Shown here one piece after another: positions 9,253-17,102 of a stretch of 36,782 nucleotides of DNA; position 1 is the first letter of the stretch, and each line of letters begins with the position of its first letter. Made by a program: the position numbers and the translations under genes. Where the stretch lies: assembly GCA_964396135.1 (NCBI GenBank), contig CAYNED010000002.1, positions 1-36,782 on the forward strand, read 5' to 3'. This stretch comes from an uncultured Neorhizobium sp. (GTDB lineage: Bacteria; Pseudomonadota; Alphaproteobacteria; Rhizobiales; Rhizobiaceae). The notes under the pieces were generated by a model. It was not told where the DNA came from, did not search any database, and worked only from the letters and a program-made list of their open reading frames with translations.

Positions 9253-10043
9253 TCGCGTTGCACCGCATCTTCTTCTTTGCCGTCGGCCTGTTCCTCGCAC
9301 TGCCGCTGATCGTTGTCGCCGGCGTTTCGATCAACGAAAAGCAGACTCTGGCTTTCCCCCCACAGGGCTTCTCCCTCTCCTGGTACGGCGAGATCTTCTT
9401 GAATGACGACTGGCGCAACGCGCTTTTCGCATCCCTGACGCTCGCGGCTCTGTCGGCCGCGCTCGCCCTTCTGGTGGCACTGCCGCTGGCCTGGTTCCTA
9501 TGGCGCCGGGTCGCGCCCTGGGCAAACGTCTTCCAACTCCTTGGTGTCGCTCCCTTCACCCTCCCGCCCGTTATCACCGCCCTCGGCCTGCTGACCTTCT
9601 GGGCGACGAGCGGCTTCTATGGCCAGCCCTGGACGGCGGTGATCAGCCACGCAATCTTCTTCGTCACCCTGCCGCTGGTAACGCTTTCACTGGGGTTTTC
9701 CGCAATCGATCGCTCCCTGGTTGAGGTCGCAGCGACGATGGGGGCGGATGACAGGACCATCTTTCGCACTGTCGTGCTTCCGTTGATCCTGCCCTACATG
9801 ATTTCCGGCTACGCCTTCGCGTTCGTCTTGTCGCTCAACGAATACATCGTTGCCTACATGACAGTCGGGTTCACCATGGAAACCCTCCCGATCAAGATCT
9901 TCAACGCCCTGCGCTACGGCTATACTCCGACGATGGCCTCCGTGACTGTCTTCTTCCTCGCGATCGCCGCGTTGGTGTTCGGCTTGATCGCACGTTTCGG
10001 CGATCTCCCGAAACTGCTCGGTGCAATGGCGGATGAACGATGA
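9249..10043 (+). CDS. ABC transporter permease, PotC-like
   Basis: FPPQGFSLSWY, EVAATMGA, FVLSLNEY, TLPIKIF; ATGA overlap. Confidence 0.9.
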   Translation: MIALHRIFFFAVGLFLALPLIVVAGVSINEKQTLAFPPQGFSLSWYGEIFLNDDWRNALFASLTLAALSAALALLVALPLAWFLWRRVAPWANVFQLLGVAPFTLPPVITALGLLTFWATSGFYGQPWTAVISHAIFFVTLPLVTLSLGFSAIDRSLVEVAATMGADDRTIFRTVVLPLILPYMISGYAFAFVLSLNEYIVAYMTVGFTMETLPIKIFNALRYGYTPTMASVTVFFLAIAALVFGLIARFGDLPKLLGAMADER

Positions 10044-10810
10044 AGATTGCCGGATTTCAGATGCAGTCGGTGCCCGGCGACGTTGACGCGAACCTCGCAA
10101 AGATCGACGCGGCTGCCGAAAAGGCTGCTGACCGAGGGGCGCAACTGCTGATCGCTCCCGAATTGGCCCTGACAGGCTATGGCGCCGCCGATCACTTTCC
10201 ATCCCTTGCTTCATCTGCAAACGGCGCCCTGGCGGATCGGTTGACGTCGATTGCCCGCCGCCACGGTCTCGTCATTGTTGCGGGTTTCGCCGAAGCAAGC
10301 CAGGACTCCATCTACAACAGTGTCCTTCTGACCGACGGCGCAGGGGAAACCGCAGTTTATCGCAAGTCCCATCTGTACGGGCCATATGAACGACAGTGGT
10401 TTTCACGCGAAGAGCCCTGCTCCGTCATGGCGACGATAGCGGGCGTGAAGATCGGCATGCTGATCTGTTACGACGTCGAGTTTCCTGAAAATGTTCGCCG
10501 GCTGGCATTAGCGGGCGCTGATCTCGTTGTCGTCCCGACCGCGCTTCCGGTGGGCTGGTCAGGTCAGTTCATCGCAGAGTACATGATCCGAGTGCGTGCG
10601 TTCGAGAACCAGGTGTTCGTCGCTTACATCAACCATTGCGGGGACGACGATCACTTCGCCTATACAGGTCTCTCCCGCATTGCGGCGCCGGACGGCCGCG
10701 TTCTTGCCGAAGCGCCGGCAAAAGGGGAGGCACTGATCTTCGCGGATATAGACATCGCAGGCTTTGCCACGTCGCGCGCTGAAAACACTTACCTGACGGA
10801 CCTGGGCTGA
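10040..10810 (+). CDS. Carbon-nitrogen hydrolase (nitrilase superfamily amidase, DavA/R-amidase-like)
   Basis: Glu-Lys-Cys triad: APELALTGY, YRKSHLY, LICYDVEFPE; RAFENQ; C-terminal YLTDL; ATGA overlap with permease. Confidence 0.9.
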   Translation: MKIAGFQMQSVPGDVDANLAKIDAAAEKAADRGAQLLIAPELALTGYGAADHFPSLASSANGALADRLTSIARRHGLVIVAGFAEASQDSIYNSVLLTDGAGETAVYRKSHLYGPYERQWFSREEPCSVMATIAGVKIGMLICYDVEFPENVRRLALAGADLVVVPTALPVGWSGQFIAEYMIRVRAFENQVFVAYINHCGDDDHFAYTGLSRIAAPDGRVLAEAPAKGEALIFADIDIAGFATSRAENTYLTDLG

Positions 10811-10913
10811 GCTTGCTGGTTATCGCGAGGTAAGCTGCAGATCCAACCGGCGTCCTGGCTCGTAGGAATCTCAAGCATTCTCAACAGCAGTTGATAGTGA
10901 CCCTTCGGTCACG

Positions 10914-10938
10914 GGAACATCAAGGCAGGGACAGCATT
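10914..10938 (+). promoter_or_regulatory. EcfG/RpoE2-type promoter of the ribD-like gene
   Basis: GGAAC-N16-CATT (context gCATTt), ending 30 nt before ATG 10969; directly preceded by the dyad GTGACC-CTTC-GGTCAC (10897-10912). Confidence 0.7.
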
Positions 10939-10968
10939 TCGCTTCCGCGGCAACAGACGAGACGGGAC

Positions 10969-11793
10969 ATGCAGTCGGCAAAGATGACGGATCCTACCTG
11001 GGGCTACATTCGTTCCCTTCGCGATAACGCGGAAGCGACGGCTGTGCCGCGATCCGAGGCGGGCGACGCATCGGTGGCACTCTATGGACCAATTGCTGTG
11101 CGCCGCCGGCCCTTTGTTCTGGCGCAAGTGGGGCAGTCACTCGATGGAAGGGTTGCGACACCAACAGGAGATGCACAGGATGTCTCCGGTTGCGATGGGA
11201 TTGCCCACCTACACCGATGCCGGGCATTGGTCGATGCAGTCCTTGTCGGCGTCGGAACCGTCGTTGCGGACAATCCTAGCCTCTCTGTTCGCGCGGTAGA
11301 GGGGCGCAGCCCGGTGCGCGTAGTGATAGACTGTAACGGTCGACTGCCGGAGAACGCCAAGATGCTTTCCGATGGCGGCACGCCAGTACTGATCATTCAA
11401 GCCGACGATGTACCGGCACGCGCACTGGGCCACGAGGTGATCACCCTCCCCCGTCGGGGAGAAGGTCTTCACCCGAGGGACATTCTGGATTGTCTGCTTG
11501 AACGGGGCCTGTCGACCATTCTCGTCGAGGGTGGAGCGACGACGATTGCCCGCTTCATGGACGCAGGCCTGATTGACCGTCTTCACATCGCCGTGGCCCC
11601 GATCATCATAGGCTCCGGGCCAATGGGCCTCAGCCTGGCGCCTATCGATCACCTGGCGGAGGCTTACCGTCCAAAGGTGGAGGTTTATGATATCGGCACA
11701 GACATTGTCTTTGACTGCAACTTTCGTGCGCAAGCCGCGAGTTCAGAAAGCTTCCAGAAGGCCAAGCACATCCCGGTGACCCACCCGGCATAG
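10969..11793 (+). CDS. RibD C-terminal (pyrimidine reductase) domain protein, no deaminase domain
   Basis: QSLDGRVAT, HRCRALVDAVLVGVGTVVADNPSLSVR, ILVEGGA, LIDRLHIAVAPIIIGSG; no HAE/PCxxC deaminase motif. Start could be 10969 or 10984. Confidence 0.88.
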   Translation: MQSAKMTDPTWGYIRSLRDNAEATAVPRSEAGDASVALYGPIAVRRRPFVLAQVGQSLDGRVATPTGDAQDVSGCDGIAHLHRCRALVDAVLVGVGTVVADNPSLSVRAVEGRSPVRVVIDCNGRLPENAKMLSDGGTPVLIIQADDVPARALGHEVITLPRRGEGLHPRDILDCLLERGLSTILVEGGATTIARFMDAGLIDRLHIAVAPIIIGSGPMGLSLAPIDHLAEAYRPKVEVYDIGTDIVFDCNFRAQAASSESFQKAKHIPVTHPA

Positions 11794-12540
11794 ACTGCCT
11801 GTTGCCGGTATGGCCTTGATACGGAATTGAAGCCAGTCCTCCAGTTCGCCTGCCTCTAGGCATCCCGCTTCCGCGACGGCATCGGCCACACCATGCAGAA
11901 AGTGACGCTGCAACTCCCCGTCATCTCGGCCCATTAACCAGGGACTGTCGGCGGTGGTCACCACGAAATCATGATCTTCAAGCCTCTTGGCCAGGACTTT
12001 CCATGCTTCTGGTCCGGCTGACAGGCCGAATCCCTTGTCCGTTTGTTGGTGAGAATTGAACGCGACCTTCACAGCTTCGTCCAGCGGATGCTCCACCGAC
12101 CAATGCATCTCGCCATCATAGTTCAGCGCGGCATATATGTTGGTCCGCTTCTCGGCGATCATCCTGGCGATCCGATTGATAAAGTCCTGGGAGCAAAGGT
12201 CGAACAACGCTGATGCCGTCAGAAGCGTCACGCCGATCAAGGGCAACGATTCAAGATCGTTGAGGTCGCCGTTGATGAACGTTATCCTGTCGGATGAATG
12301 GCGCCGCTCAGCCTCCGCCAGTAGGCGAAGGTCATAGTCAAACAACCTCCAGGAGACTTCGTCAGCTAGTTTGGACTTGAGCGTGCGGTAGGTCGATCCC
12401 GTGCCGCAACCGATATCCAGAATGGTCGGTCGCTCTTGTCCCTGCAACGTCTGTACGGCCTCACCCAGCAACCGGGTGTCCCGCGCGCGCTGGTCGACCG
12501 GCTCGCGTAGCTCCAGCCACTCTTTGGCGAAGCCGCTCAT
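11743..12540 (-). CDS. Class I SAM-dependent methyltransferase
   Basis: ILDIGCGTGS SAM-binding motif, WRLFDYD, GDLNDL, LTASALFDL; ATGA overlap with the GT4 gene. Confidence 0.85.
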   Translation of the reverse strand: MSGFAKEWLELREPVDQRARDTRLLGEAVQTLQGQERPTILDIGCGTGSTYRTLKSKLADEVSWRLFDYDLRLLAEAERRHSSDRITFINGDLNDLESLPLIGVTLLTASALFDLCSQDFINRIARMIAEKRTNIYAALNYDGEMHWSVEHPLDEAVKVAFNSHQQTDKGFGLSAGPEAWKVLAKRLEDHDFVVTTADSPWLMGRDDGELQRHFLHGVADAVAEAGCLEAGELEDWLQFRIKAIPATGSLCRVGHRDVLGLLEAF

Positions 12541-13574
12541 GCTCCGCGTTCCAGAAAAGCGGCTATCGTTGCCGCAGTGTCTCGCCAGGACGGCAGCGCG
12601 GCACCGGCAACAGCCGAGGCGTCAGCCATGAGGGTGCGCGTTTCCGGCTCGGTCAAAACGCGACGCAAGGCTGCAGACAATGCGGCTACATCGTCTGGCG
12701 CCACAAGAACGCCGGCAGACGGCGGCACGACGTCAGGAACTGCGCCGGCGGCACATCCAACGATCGGCAGCCCGTGAGCCAGTGCTTCCGCAAAAACCAT
12801 GCCATAGCCTTCGTATCGGCTGGCCAGCGCGAAGACATCTGCGCGAGCAAATTCGACCCGTGCATCTTCCACCTCCCCCACCAGAGAAATACGTTCATGT
12901 AGATCCAGCCTGCTGATCTGCTCCTCAAGTTCCGACGGGACCACAGCATCGAGTTCTCGACTGCCCACGATCCTGCATCTCCAATCGAGATCCTTCAGTG
13001 CTGCCAGCGCTTCGATCAGAACATCGTGGCCCTTGCGCCGCGTCAGGGAGCCCACGCTCAGGATACACGGCTTGCCACTTCCTCCGATAGCAAGTGGCAC
13101 AGGATCCGTCCCGGGGGTTGCGACGACGAGCTTGTCTGCGCCTACGGCAAACTTCTCTTGCAGTTCTCGCGCCGTGGCCGGCGAGGTAACGACCACCCCA
13201 CGGGTGCAGGACAGGGCCCGATGCTCTCTCGCTGCGAACTCGATACGCCGGTCATCCGGCATCCCCGTTTCAAGCGCCAAAGGATGATGTACCAGCGCAA
13301 AGATCTTGACGGATAGAGCATTCCGCTGAGCCCAATCATCCATCACGCCGAAGGCAAGGCCGTCGATGAAGACGATGCTTCCTTCGGGGATCGTCGCCAA
13401 CGCGTCCTCCGCCGCAGCAAGGTCCGGCGTGTTTGGGAAACCCTCTCCCAGCGGTACGAGATGAACATCCCAGTCGAGGTCACGCAGGGCACCGATCACG
13501 CGACGGTCATAGCCGTATCCGCCCGTCCGCGTTTGCAGATCACCGGGATATGCGAAATAGAGGTTGCGGCTCAA
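12537..13574 (-). CDS. GT4-family (GT-B) glycosyltransferase
   Basis: TGGYGYD, VGSLTRRKGHD, SRYEGYGMVFAEALAHGLP (E-X7-E motif); TTG start overlapping the upstream TGA. Confidence 0.9.
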   Translation of the reverse strand: MSRNLYFAYPGDLQTRTGGYGYDRRVIGALRDLDWDVHLVPLGEGFPNTPDLAAAEDALATIPEGSIVFIDGLAFGVMDDWAQRNALSVKIFALVHHPLALETGMPDDRRIEFAAREHRALSCTRGVVVTSPATARELQEKFAVGADKLVVATPGTDPVPLAIGGSGKPCILSVGSLTRRKGHDVLIEALAALKDLDWRCRIVGSRELDAVVPSELEEQISRLDLHERISLVGEVEDARVEFARADVFALASRYEGYGMVFAEALAHGLPIVGCAAGAVPDVVPPSAGVLVAPDDVAALSAALRRVLTEPETRTLMADASAVAGAALPSWRDTAATIAAFLERGA

Positions 13575-13969
13575 AGCTCCGCCTCATACCACCCACGTGC
13601 CGTGTGAGATTCATGCAGCGTCACCTTGAGGCGACGAATGCGATGACTTCCTTCGCCGAGACGGTTTCCAGCAATCGCCCTAGCGAGTTGATCAAAGATA
13701 TATTTGGCGAGAAACTCGGTTGTCGTTATCTTGCCGGCAAAAGCCTCTACATCGTCGAGGTTCTGATAGTTCAGGGGCTTGAGTACCTCCCCCAGCACTT
13801 CCGTGGCGAGCCCGATATCAACGGCCAGGCCATTTTCATCGAGATCTGCGGTGAAGAATGCGGCATCGACGATGAAGGTCGCCCCGTGCATCCCCTGCGC
13901 CGGACCGAAGACCGGCTTGGGCAGGCTGTGAGCGATCATGATGTGGTCGCGAACTTCTACAGCGAACAT
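13571..13969 (-). CDS. QueD/6-pyruvoyl-tetrahydropterin synthase family T-fold protein (COG0720), non-canonical active site
   Basis: HIMIAHSL..FGPAQGMHGATF, LNYQNLDD, TTTEFLA, VTLHES; no cysteine anywhere in the protein; AAGGA RBS. Confidence 0.85.
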   Translation of the reverse strand: MFAVEVRDHIMIAHSLPKPVFGPAQGMHGATFIVDAAFFTADLDENGLAVDIGLATEVLGEVLKPLNYQNLDDVEAFAGKITTTEFLAKYIFDQLARAIAGNRLGEGSHRIRRLKVTLHESHTARGWYEAEL

Positions 13970-13981
13970 AACTATTCCTTT

Positions 13982-14986
13982 TCAGTATCGGATGCGGTGG
14001 CAGAGCGTATCCGGAGATGCGAGAATATCGGGATAGGCTTCGACGATGGATGGGAAGAGTGTTTCTCCGGAGATCAACGCGTCCAGCTTTCTGTCGCAGA
14101 GAAGCTCCAGTGCTTTACTCATGCGGCGCGCGAAATCCCAGCGGGCCCGGCGCTCGGCAGAAATTCCGCCAACCTGGGAGCTGATGATCGAGAGCCGTTT
14201 GGAGTGAAATTCGCGCCCCAGCGAGATCTTGGCGGTTTTCTCGCCATACCAGCTTGCCTCCACGACCCTGGCTTCAAGACCCGCATGCGCAAGCGCATTC
14301 TGCAGTGCAGCTGGCGACGCTGAGGCATTGATGAGAACATCACAGTTGTCAGGAACATGGTCAGGGGACGTGAAGGAGAGGCCGAGCGCCTGAGCCACTG
14401 CCTGGCGGGACTGTGAGGTATCGCAAATCGTCGTGTCGGTTGCCGCAATGCAAGACGAGATATAGGCGGTAAGCAGTCCCACCACGCCAGCGCCAAACAC
14501 CGCGACGCGATCGCCTGGCATGATCCGAGCGTCCCAGACAATGTTCAGCGCTGTCTCCATGTTGGCGGCAAGAACGGCACGGGCTGGAGGCAGATTTTCT
14601 GGCAGCGCATGGACCTCACTGGCGGGAAGGTTGAGCCGATCCTGATGAGGATGAAGGCAGAACACCCTTTGCCCGACAAGATGGTCAGGTCCTTCCTCAA
14701 CCAGCCCTACCAACGCGTAGCCATACTTCACCGGAAAGGACATCTCTCCCTGCTGATGCGGGCCACGCATACGTTCGAACTCAGTCACCGGAACCTTGCC
14801 CGAAAAAACCAGCGCCTCCGTCCCGCGGCTGATCCCGCTAAAGAGGGCCTGCAATCGGACTTCGTCTTTCTGAACTGGTGGCAACAGCTCGCGACGCAGA
14901 GCACATTGATAAGCGCGGTCAAACCAGAGCGCCGCCGCCTCATCGCCGCTGGATGCCTCTGCAGAGGCCGCGCGTTCACCTGTCAA
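13982..14986 (-). CDS. Medium-chain dehydrogenase/reductase (BchC-like subgroup lacking canonical Zn ligands)
   Basis: SGISRGTE, FPVKYGYALVG, VFGAGVVG Rossmann motif; TTG start at 14986 chosen for a GGGGAGG RBS 7 nt upstream. Confidence 0.85.
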   Translation of the reverse strand: MTGERAASAEASSGDEAAALWFDRAYQCALRRELLPPVQKDEVRLQALFSGISRGTEALVFSGKVPVTEFERMRGPHQQGEMSFPVKYGYALVGLVEEGPDHLVGQRVFCLHPHQDRLNLPASEVHALPENLPPARAVLAANMETALNIVWDARIMPGDRVAVFGAGVVGLLTAYISSCIAATDTTICDTSQSRQAVAQALGLSFTSPDHVPDNCDVLINASASPAALQNALAHAGLEARVVEASWYGEKTAKISLGREFHSKRLSIISSQVGGISAERRARWDFARRMSKALELLCDRKLDALISGETLFPSIVEAYPDILASPDTLCHRIRY

Positions 14987-15160
14987 TATCTGGCCTCCCC
15001 TTGCAACCAATTGCGAACTTAGAGGCAATTACGGGGACGGCAAGGAACTGGATTTCGCTCCCGGTCCTTTGAACAGCATCACGTTTAATTGACGGTGCCT
15101 GCAGATCCGCAGCCTGCACGACGGCGTATTGCGCACCATGTAGGCGTCGAGGAGACCGTC

Positions 15161-16303
15161 ATGAATGTGTCACAACACCTTTGGCCGGGCGAGACCGCAG
15201 GCTATGAAGTCGAAGATTCGGCTATGCGGCTCGAAAGGGCGGTTTCCGAACTTCGCTTTGGTCGCCCAATCGTACTGACCGGACCTGAGAGCGCCATAGC
15301 CGCGCTCGCACTGGACGCCGCCTCCCAAGGAGATTATCGCCGCTTCGCCCGCGCGGCTCAAGGGGCTGAAGTTCTTCATCTCTCCAGCGATAGAGCGAAG
15401 CGATTGGGTATTCAGGAGCCAAATGGCATCGCCTTTCCTGCAGAAGACATGGATTTCCAATCCGCGTCGGCGCTTGCTTACCATCGGGAAGTCCAAGCGC
15501 CGGAGATCTGGCGGCCTGCAACCGCGCAGATGAGGGCGGCAGGGGAAGTCGCGCAGCTTGCCCTTCTGCTTCCCGCCATGATGTGCGTTGACGTCGGATC
15601 AGATGCAGGCTCGTTCAGCGCCTGCGTGAAGCTTGAACACCTCGACCTGCCCAAGAGCCGCAGGCTTGCTCAGACATTTGAAATCATCGTCCGCACACCC
15701 GTTCCTCTGCGTGACCTCGGCGATTGCGAGTTTGTCGTGTTTCGCGGCGGACTTGCCCAAAAGGATCAGGTCGCTATCGTGGTAGGCAATCCCCATACAT
15801 CGAAGCCGGTGCCTGTACGGATCCATTCTTCTTGCATCACCGGTGACCTGTGCGGATCGCTCAAGTGCGATTGCGGCGATCAGTTGCGCAACGGTCTCTC
15901 GACGCTGAAGAAGCTCGGTGGTGGTGTCCTCCTCTATCTCGATCAAGAAGGAAGAGGAACCGGCATCGGCGCAAAGATGCGTGCCTACGGCTATCAGCAT
16001 GAAGGTCTCGATACGATCGATGCCGACGCGGAACTTGGCTTTGGGGCGGACGAGCGCAAGTATGATGCTGCGGTAGCCATGCTACGCGGCCTCAATGTCA
16101 CGAGCGTCAATCTTCTCACCAACAACCCGACCAAGATATCCGGTTTGCTGGCGGGAGGAATTGCCGTGAACGGGCGAATGCCTGTTACAGGTCGGATCAC
16201 CGCAGACAATGTCGAATATCTCCGCACGAAAACTCTGCGTGCGGGCCACATGCTCGACATCGAAATGCTCTCAAGAGCAGCGTCGGAGCTTTCTGATGGC
16301 TGA
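15161..16303 (+). CDS. ribA: GTP cyclohydrolase II with a degenerate N-terminal RibB-like domain
   Basis: RIHSSCITGDLCGSLKCDCGDQL (Zn Cys triad), QEGRG, KMRAY, DERKY, LLTNNPTK, YLRTK..GHML; ATG 15161 follows GAGGAG. Probably a paralog rather than the housekeeping copy. Confidence 0.88.
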   Translation: MNVSQHLWPGETAGYEVEDSAMRLERAVSELRFGRPIVLTGPESAIAALALDAASQGDYRRFARAAQGAEVLHLSSDRAKRLGIQEPNGIAFPAEDMDFQSASALAYHREVQAPEIWRPATAQMRAAGEVAQLALLLPAMMCVDVGSDAGSFSACVKLEHLDLPKSRRLAQTFEIIVRTPVPLRDLGDCEFVVFRGGLAQKDQVAIVVGNPHTSKPVPVRIHSSCITGDLCGSLKCDCGDQLRNGLSTLKKLGGGVLLYLDQEGRGTGIGAKMRAYGYQHEGLDTIDADAELGFGADERKYDAAVAMLRGLNVTSVNLLTNNPTKISGLLAGGIAVNGRMPVTGRITADNVEYLRTKTLRAGHMLDIEMLSRAASELSDG

Positions 16304-17102
16304 TCATGCCGGATTGCGGAGCCTGGATCTGGCGCGGCAGGAAGCTCCTTTGGGCGACGTGCCGTCGGCAGTATACGCTCAGGCCGCAGCCTCGGTTCTT
16401 TTAGGAATAACCGCCATCGTCGCCGCCTTTCGCATCCCGGCGGCGGAGTTTGACCGCCTGTCGTCAGCTATGTGGCTGGCATTGGCCCTGTATATAGTCA
16501 TTGCGGTTGTTGTCATTGCGAAGCTCTCGACCCACCCGCACCCCGGCTTTGGTGCCGCAAATGTCGTAACAACACTTCGCGCTGCTGCCACCGCTGCAAT
16601 CGGCGGAGTGGTTCTCGGGTCCGAGACGTTTCGCGACACGTCGGTGGAGCAACTACAGTGGGCGATTGCCGGCGCCACCGCGGTTGCCTTGTCGCTGGAC
16701 GGCATCGATGGCTACCTTGCTCGCCGAAGCGGCACCGCCTCGCGCTTCGGTGCCCGCTTCGACATGGAGATAGATGCGCTGCTGATCCTGCTCCTTGCTA
16801 CCGGAATTGCCTTGCTCGACAAGGCTGGTGCGTGGGTTCTTCTCCTGGGATTCATGCGCTATGGCTTTATGGCCGCCCAGACTCTGTCTCCGCGCCTGTC
16901 AGGTGAGTTGCCGCAATCAATGCGGCGCAAGGTTGTGTGCGTGCTGCAAGGGGTGGCCCTTTGCGTATCGTTGATGCCGACGACGCCTCCCGCCGCCGCG
17001 AGTGCTTTCCTTTTGCTGGCTCTGTCGACGCTTCTTTATTCGTTCGTCGCCGATATCGCCTACCTTTGGAAGACGGGTGGAGCAACTGGTCATGTCGCTT
17101 GA
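16296..17102 (+). CDS. CDP-alcohol phosphatidyltransferase family protein
   Basis: ANVVTTLR and DGIDGYLARRSGTASRFGARFDMEID match the DxxDGxxAR..GxxxDxxxD signature; multiple TM helices; start overlaps the ribA end. Confidence 0.92.
   Translation: MADHAGLRSLDLARQEAPLGDVPSAVYAQAAASVLLGITAIVAAFRIPAAEFDRLSSAMWLALALYIVIAVVVIAKLSTHPHPGFGAANVVTTLRAAATAAIGGVVLGSETFRDTSVEQLQWAIAGATAVALSLDGIDGYLARRSGTASRFGARFDMEIDALLILLLATGIALLDKAGAWVLLLGFMRYGFMAAQTLSPRLSGELPQSMRRKVVCVLQGVALCVSLMPTTPPAAASAFLLLALSTLLYSFVADIAYLWKTGGATGHVA

Noticed and set aside
10969-16303. Housekeeping riboflavin, folate or queuosine operon
   Set aside because: No ribE/ribH/active ribB, no deaminase, no folE or queCEF, no FMN riboswitch; the PTPS-like protein lacks the canonical catalytic residues.
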